IMG/VR virus record: IMGVR_UViG_2541047879_000002
From: a virus
Taxonomy: Duplodnaviria > Heunggongvirae > Uroviricota > Caudoviricetes
Direction: 5' to 3' (one strand)
Length of the DNA stretch: 38,404 nucleotides
Below the pieces are notes generated by a model, which had not been told where the DNA came from, searched no databases, and was given only the letters and a program-made list of their open reading frames with translations. Both the position numbers and the translations under genes were made by a program. Shown here in pieces: positions 33,503 through 38,404 of this stretch. Position 1 is the stretch's first letter, and each line of letters opens with the position of its first letter.

Positions 33503-33681
33503 AACATCCTCACGATAATATCCGCGTAGGCACGATCACTTTCGTCTACTCCGTTACGAAGCGAGGCTGGGTATTTCCCGGCCTTTCTGTTATCCGAAAT
33601 CCCCTGAAAGCACAGCGGCTGGCTGAGGAGATAAATAATAAACGGGGAGCTGTATGCACAAAGCATCTCCCGTTGAGTTAA
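33493..33681 (+). CDS. Small early-left protein (lambda orf60a-like by position)
   Basis: 62-aa ORF directly after exo. Confidence 0.5.
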
Positions 33682-33845
33682 GAACGAGTATCGAGATGGC
33701 ACATAGCCTCGCTCAAATTGGAGTCAGGTTTGTGCCAATACCAGTAGAAACAGACGAAGAATTTCATACGTTAGCCGCATCCCTTTCACAAAAGCTGGAA
33801 ATGATGGTGGCGAAAGCAGAAGCAGATGAGAGAGACCAGGTATGA
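33654..33845 (+). CDS. Small early-left protein (lambda orf63-like by position)
   Basis: 63-aa acidic ORF. Confidence 0.5.
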   Translation: MHKASPVELRTSIEMAHSLAQIGVRFVPIPVETDEEFHTLAASLSQKLEMMVAKAEADERDQV

Positions 33846-33921
33846 CAACCACGGAATGCATTTTTCTGGCAGCGGGCTTCATATTCTGTGTGCTTATGCT
33901 TGCCGACATGGGACTTGTTCA

Positions 33922-34137
33922 ATGACACCTCAGCAGGAAAACGCCCTTCGCAGCATTGCCCGTCAGGCTAATTCTGAAATCAAAAAAGCCAGACAGCAGT
34001 TTCCGGATAAAAACGTCGATGACATTTGCCGTAGCGTACTGAAGAAGCACCGCGAAACGGTAACGCTGATGGGATTCACACCGACTCATTTAAGCCTGGC
34101 GATCGGCATGTTAAACGGCGTCTTTAAGGAACGGTGA
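33922..34137 (+). CDS. Small early-left protein (lambda orf61-like by position)
   Basis: ORF 33826..34137 trimmed to internal MTPQQENALRSIARQ... to avoid overlap with the preceding ORF. Confidence 0.45.
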   Translation: MTPQQENALRSIARQANSEIKKARQQFPDKNVDDICRSVLKKHRETVTLMGFTPTHLSLAIGMLNGVFKER

Positions 34138-34235
34138 ACATGAAAAGCAAAATCATCAGGGAGCTACAGGCTCCTTTTTTATTGTTCGCATTCATCCTCA
34201 AGCGTATTAACCAACAATTCAGGGATTAATGGAAG

Positions 34236-34457
34236 ATGGCAGACATCATTGATTCGGCATCAGAAATCGAAGAATTACAGCGCAATACAGCAATAAAAAT
34301 GCGTCGTCTGAACTACCAGACTGTATCCGCAACTCATTGTTGTGAGTGTGGCGATCCGATAGATGAACGAAGACGCCTGGTCGTTCAGGGTTGTCGGACT
34401 TGTGCAAGTTGCCAGGAGGATCTGGAGCTTATCAGTAAACAGAGAGGTTCGAAGTGA
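34236..34457 (+). CDS. TraR/DksA-family C4 zinc-finger protein
   Basis: 73-aa ORF with CCECGDPIDERRR...CRTCASC. Confidence 0.7.
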   Translation: MADIIDSASEIEELQRNTAIKMRRLNYQTVSATHCCECGDPIDERRRLVVQGCRTCASCQEDLELISKQRGSK

Positions 34458-34667
34458 GCGAAATTAACTAGAAGCCAAAGATAAAATCATCGCTGAGCAG
34501 GAGAAAATCGCTAACGGAGAAAAGACAGTAAGTCAGTATATGAAAACCGCATGATATCATCAGATAAAAATCGGTCGTAAAGCGAAATATTAATACCAGA
34601 ACAAACGAGTCGAGGTAAATTATATTACCTCGATAAATTAACTAAAACTTGCCCGCTATATACTATA

Positions 34668-35270
34668 TCATTCAGTATCATCACGCGCGGTCTGTGCATA
34701 TGTCACTACCGCACCTAATATATTAATTTTCTTTTCAACATAGATAATATTATCGTACTCATAATTGCCATACGGATAGCAAATGCGAATATTCTCATGT
34801 AGATCGGGGTCATCCACCTCAGCTCCAGAACAACTTTTTGAACTACCGGAAGTATACCGATACGGTGCAACATAAGACGATGTCTCTCCAGGCAAAAAAT
34901 AAGTTAGTGTCGTAAGGGGTATAATCAGAAAAAATCCAGCAAATATGCACATCCCTGCATAAACCTTAAGGTATGCTGACAGACTCTTCCAGCCTCTTTG
35001 TTTTACTATCCCCTTCTTAACCCAAAACAGAGATAACAGAAAAGCTATTCCCATGCTAAACAGAATGTAATAGTGGGATATACTCTGATTAAGAAACGTG
35101 ACCCTGTAGATATCTGCCCGCCACCAGAAGAAAAGGAAAATAAAGATCAGCCCTGAAACTGTCATGCAAATCAAATAAGGATACGAATCTTTTTTCATGT
35201 TTAGCGCCCATAAAATTTTTCCTGACCCGGACAAATTTACCATCCATTTTTTGCGCAGAAAATAGCTCAT
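34668..35270 (-). CDS. Hypothetical integral membrane protein, AT-rich accessory gene on the opposite strand
   Basis: 200-aa ORF (alternative start MKKDSYPY) with about three hydrophobic helices and a C-terminal soluble part. Confidence 0.6.
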   Translation of the reverse strand: MSYFLRKKWMVNLSGSGKILWALNMKKDSYPYLICMTVSGLIFIFLFFWWRADIYRVTFLNQSISHYYILFSMGIAFLLSLFWVKKGIVKQRGWKSLSAYLKVYAGMCIFAGFFLIIPLTTLTYFLPGETSSYVAPYRYTSGSSKSCSGAEVDDPDLHENIRICYPYGNYEYDNIIYVEKKINILGAVVTYAQTARDDTE

Positions 35271-35512
35271 TACTTACTGTACAATAATACACAAAATTGC
35301 GTAAATTTTTTGCATGGATTTTAGCTCTTTCAGCCGACATTTAAGGGGTAAATAGCATTTCCTAAAAGCAACTGCACCAACCCAACAGAATGGGCTACCG
35401 CTTACGTTGAGAGCAAAAAAGTGTATAGCAGCAATGAACAGCATCCTCGCACTGACGAGGATTTCTTTTATCTGAACTCGCTACGGCGGGTTTTGTTTTA
35501 TGGAGATGATAA

Positions 35513-35680
35513 ATGCACTTCCGAGTCACAGGTGAATGGAATGGAGAACCATTCAACAGAGTTATCGAAGCCGAGAACATCAGCGACTGCTATGACCACT
35601 GGATGCTGTGGGCGCAGATAGCACATGCAGACGTAACCAATATTCGAATTGAAGAACTGAAAGAACACCAAGCCGCCTGA
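35513..35680 (+). CDS. Small conserved ORF upstream of xis (lambda orf55-like by position)
   Basis: Own translation MHFRVTGEWNGEPFNRVIEAENISDCYDHWMLWAQIAHADVTNIRIEELKEHQAA; a different frame from ORF-track entry 35421..35621; hairpin gccgcc/ggcggc plus T-run follows. Confidence 0.55.
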   Translation: MHFRVTGEWNGEPFNRVIEAENISDCYDHWMLWAQIAHADVTNIRIEELKEHQAA

Positions 35681-35719
35681 TGGCGGTTTTTTCTTGCGTG
35701 TAATTGCGGAGACTTTGCG

Positions 35720-35938
35720 ATGTACTTGACACTTCAGGAGTGGAACGCACGCCAGCGACGCCCAAGAAGCCTTGAAACAGTTCGTCGATGGGTACGCGAG
35801 TGCAGGATATTCCCTCCTCCGGTTAAGGATGGAAGAGAGTATCTGTTCCACGAATCAGCGGTAAAGGTTGACTTAAATCGACCAGTAACAGGTAGCCTTT
35901 TGAAGAGGATCAGAAATGGGAAGAAGGCGAAGTCATGA
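35720..35938 (+). CDS. xis: Excisionase Xis
   Basis: 72-aa ORF MYLTLQEWNARQRRPRSLETVRRWVRECRIFPPPVKDGREYLF... Confidence 0.95.
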   Translation: MYLTLQEWNARQRRPRSLETVRRWVRECRIFPPPVKDGREYLFHESAVKVDLNRPVTGSLLKRIRNGKKAKS

Positions 35939-36986
35939 GCGCCGGGATTTACCCCCTAACCTTTATATAAGAAACAATGGATATTACTGCTACAGGGACC
36001 CAAGGACGGGTAAAGAGTTTGGATTAGGCAGAGACAGGCGAATCGCAATCACTGAAGCCATACAGGCCAACATTGAGTTATTTTCAGGACACAAACACAA
36101 GCCTCTGACAGCGAGAATCAACAGTGATAATTCCGTTACGTTACATTCATGGCTTGATCGCTACGAAAAAATCCTGGCCAGCAGAGGAATCAAGCAGAAG
36201 ACACTCATAAATTACATGAGCAAAATTAAAGCAATAAGGAGGGGTCTGCCTGATGCTCCACTTGAAGACATCACCACAAAAGAAATTGCGGCAATGCTCA
36301 ATGGATACATAGACGAGGGCAAGGCGGCGTCAGCCAAGTTAATCAGATCAACACTGAGCGATGCATTCCGAGAGGCAATAGCTGAAGGCCATATAACAAC
36401 AAACCCTGTCGCTGCCACTCGCGCAGCAAAATCAGAGGTAAGGAGATCAAGACTTACGGCTGACGAATACCTGAAAATTTATCAAGCAGCAGAATCATCA
36501 CCATGTTGGCTCAGACTTGCAATGGAACTGGCTGTTGTTACCGGGCAACGAGTTGGTGATTTATGCGAAATGAAGTGGTCTGATATCGTAGATGGATATC
36601 TTTATGTCGAGCAAAGCAAAACAGGCGTAAAAATTGCCATCCCAACAACATTGCATGTTGATGCTCTCGGGATATCAATGAAGGAAACACTTGATAAATG
36701 CAAAGAGATTCTTGGCGGAGAAACCATAATTGCATCTACTCGTCGTGAACCGCTTTCATCCGGCACAGTATCAAGGTATTTTATGCGCGCACGAAAAGCA
36801 TCAGGTCTTTCCTTCGAAGGGGATCCGCCTACCTTTCACGAGTTGCGCAGTTTGTCTGCAAGACTCTATGAGAAGCAGATAAGCGATAAGTTTGCTCAAC
36901 ATCTTCTCGGGCATAAGTCGGACACCATGGCATCACAGTATCGTGATGACAGAGGCAGGGAGTGGGACAAAATTGAAATCAAATAA
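35916..36986 (+). CDS. int: Integrase Int (tyrosine recombinase)
   Basis: 356-aa ORF overlapping xis 3' end; C-terminal catalytic region ...HELRSLSARLY...LLGHKSDTMASQYRDD. Confidence 0.95.
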   Translation: MGRRRSHERRDLPPNLYIRNNGYYCYRDPRTGKEFGLGRDRRIAITEAIQANIELFSGHKHKPLTARINSDNSVTLHSWLDRYEKILASRGIKQKTLINYMSKIKAIRRGLPDAPLEDITTKEIAAMLNGYIDEGKAASAKLIRSTLSDAFREAIAEGHITTNPVAATRAAKSEVRRSRLTADEYLKIYQAAESSPCWLRLAMELAVVTGQRVGDLCEMKWSDIVDGYLYVEQSKTGVKIAIPTTLHVDALGISMKETLDKCKEILGGETIIASTRREPLSSGTVSRYFMRARKASGLSFEGDPPTFHELRSLSARLYEKQISDKFAQHLLGHKSDTMASQYRDDRGREWDKIEIK

Positions 36987-37059
36987 TGATTTTATTTTGA
37001 CTGATAGTGACCTGTTCGTTGCAACAAATTGATAAGCAATGCTTTTTTATAATGCCAAC

Positions 37060-37074
37060 TTAGTATAAAAAAGC
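37060..37074. other. attL: att core (attL junction, phage arm left, host arm right)
   Basis: ttagtataaaaaagc is the reverse complement of the lambda core GCTTTTTTATACTAA; upstream atgccaactt is phage-arm-like and downstream sequence leads into ybhC. Confidence 0.8.
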
Positions 37075-37120
37075 AGGCTTCAACGGATTCATTTTTCTAT
37101 TTCATAGCCCGGAGCAACCT

Positions 37121-38404
37121 GTGAACACATTTTCAGTTTCCCGTCTGGCGCTGGCATTGGCTTTTGGCGTGACGCTGACCGCCTGTAGCTCAACCCCGCC
37201 CGATCAACGTCCTTCTGATCAAACCGCGCCTGGTACCTCTTCTCGCCCGATTCTGTCGGCAAAAGAAGCGCAGAATTTCGATGCTCAACACTATTTTGCA
37301 TCCCTGACACCAGGTGCTGCAGCGTGGAATCCTTCCCCGATTACCCTGCCTGCGCAACCTGACTTTGTTGTCGGCCCGGCGGGCACTCAAGGTGTAACGC
37401 ATACCACGATTCAGGCGGCGGTAGATGCGGCAATTATCAAGCGTACCAACAAGCGCCAGTATATTGCCGTGATGCCTGGTGAGTATCAGGGAACGGTATA
37501 TGTCCCTGCCGCTCCGGGTGGAATTACTCTGTACGGTACAGGTGAAAAACCGATTGATGTGAAGATTGGGCTTTCCCTTGATGGTGGCATGAGCCCTGCC
37601 GACTGGCGTCACGACGTCAACCCGCGCGGCAAATATATGCCAGGTAAACCAGCGTGGTATATGTACGATAGCTGCCAGAGCAAACGCAGCGACAGTATCG
37701 GTGTTCTCTGCTCTGCGGTCTTCTGGTCACAAAACAATGGCCTGCAACTGCAAAATCTGACCATCGAAAACACGCTGGGCGATAGCGTAGATGCAGCTAA
37801 CCATCCGGCGGTGGCACTGCGTACTGATGGTGACCAGGTACAGATTAACAACGTTAACATTCTCGGTCGTCAGAACACCTTCTTTGTCACCAACAGCGGT
37901 GTGCAGAACCGTCTGGAAACCAACCGTCAGCCGCGTACGCTGGTGACCAACAGCTACATTGAAGGGGATGTGGATATCGTTTCTGGTCGCGGCGCAGTGG
38001 TGTTCGATAACACCGAATTCCGCGTGGTGAACTCACGTACTCAGCAAGAAGCGTATGTGTTTGCACCGGCTACGCTGTACAACATTTACTACGGTTTCCT
38101 CGCCGTAAACAGCCGTTTCAATGCTTTCGGTGATGGTGTGGCGCAACTGGGCCGCTCGCTGGATGTTGATGCCAATACCAACGGTCAGGTGGTGATCCGT
38201 GATAGCGCCATCAACGAAGGTTTTAACACGGCTAAACCGTGGGCCGATGCGGTGATCTCTAATCGTCCGTTTGCGGGTAATACCGGCAGCGTAGATGATA
38301 ACGACGAAATACAGCGCAATCTGAATGACACTAACTACAACCGCATGTGGGAATACAATAACCGCGGCGTGGGTAGTAAAGTGGTTGCAGAGGCGAAGAA
38401 GTAA
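37121..38404 (+). CDS. ybhC: Host outer-membrane lipoprotein YbhC (pectinesterase-like)
   Basis: 427-aa ORF with lipoprotein signal MNTFSVSRLALALAFGVTLTACSS; in E. coli this gene flanks the lambda attachment site. Confidence 0.85.
   Translation: MNTFSVSRLALALAFGVTLTACSSTPPDQRPSDQTAPGTSSRPILSAKEAQNFDAQHYFASLTPGAAAWNPSPITLPAQPDFVVGPAGTQGVTHTTIQAAVDAAIIKRTNKRQYIAVMPGEYQGTVYVPAAPGGITLYGTGEKPIDVKIGLSLDGGMSPADWRHDVNPRGKYMPGKPAWYMYDSCQSKRSDSIGVLCSAVFWSQNNGLQLQNLTIENTLGDSVDAANHPAVALRTDGDQVQINNVNILGRQNTFFVTNSGVQNRLETNRQPRTLVTNSYIEGDVDIVSGRGAVVFDNTEFRVVNSRTQQEAYVFAPATLYNIYYGFLAVNSRFNAFGDGVAQLGRSLDVDANTNGQVVIRDSAINEGFNTAKPWADAVISNRPFAGNTGSVDDNDEIQRNLNDTNYNRMWEYNNRGVGSKVVAEAKK

Noticed and set aside
35089-35621. 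ORF-track entries 35089..35340 (-), 35395..35580 (-) and 35421..35621 (+)
   Set aside because: They overlap the membrane-protein gene or the better-supported 55-aa xis-upstream ORF in other frames; the MHFRVTGEWNG frame reads cleanly to a stop followed by a hairpin.

Overview
The window is almost entirely a lambda-family (lambdoid) prophage of an Escherichia coli-type host, read from inside the tail gene cluster to the integration junction; the host gene ybhC follows the att core at the right edge, so this is the int-proximal junction (attL) at the classical lambda attachment site. Layout: minus-strand morphogenesis genes in lambda order (L partial, M, H, T/G, V, U, Z, FII, FI, E, D, C/Nu3, B, W, A, Nu1), cos, small accessory genes, a phage-21-type lysis cassette (pinholin S, SAR endolysin R, Rz/Rz1), an OmpC-family porin gene, a DLP12-like Q/nin block (Q, ylcG-like, rusA, ybcO, ninE, ninB/ybcN), a variable cargo block (two unknown ORFs, about 460 bp of structured non-coding DNA, a large serine recombinase, emrE), then ren-P-O with ori iterons, a YdaT-like/Cro-like/LexA-like-repressor immunity region, and a lambda-like recombination/integration arm (gam, bet, exo, xis, int). 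The most interesting locus is the operon directly downstream of the repressor gene, in the position lambda uses for rexAB: an AT-rich unknown 153-aa protein translationally coupled to a Hanks-type Ser/Thr kinase, whose 3' end is split off by an IS3 insertion with a TAA target duplication. This is a candidate lysogen-expressed phage-exclusion module, probably disrupted in this copy. All calls rest on reading the ORF translations and sequence motifs directly; no database search was run, and named homologies are from recalled family knowledge.
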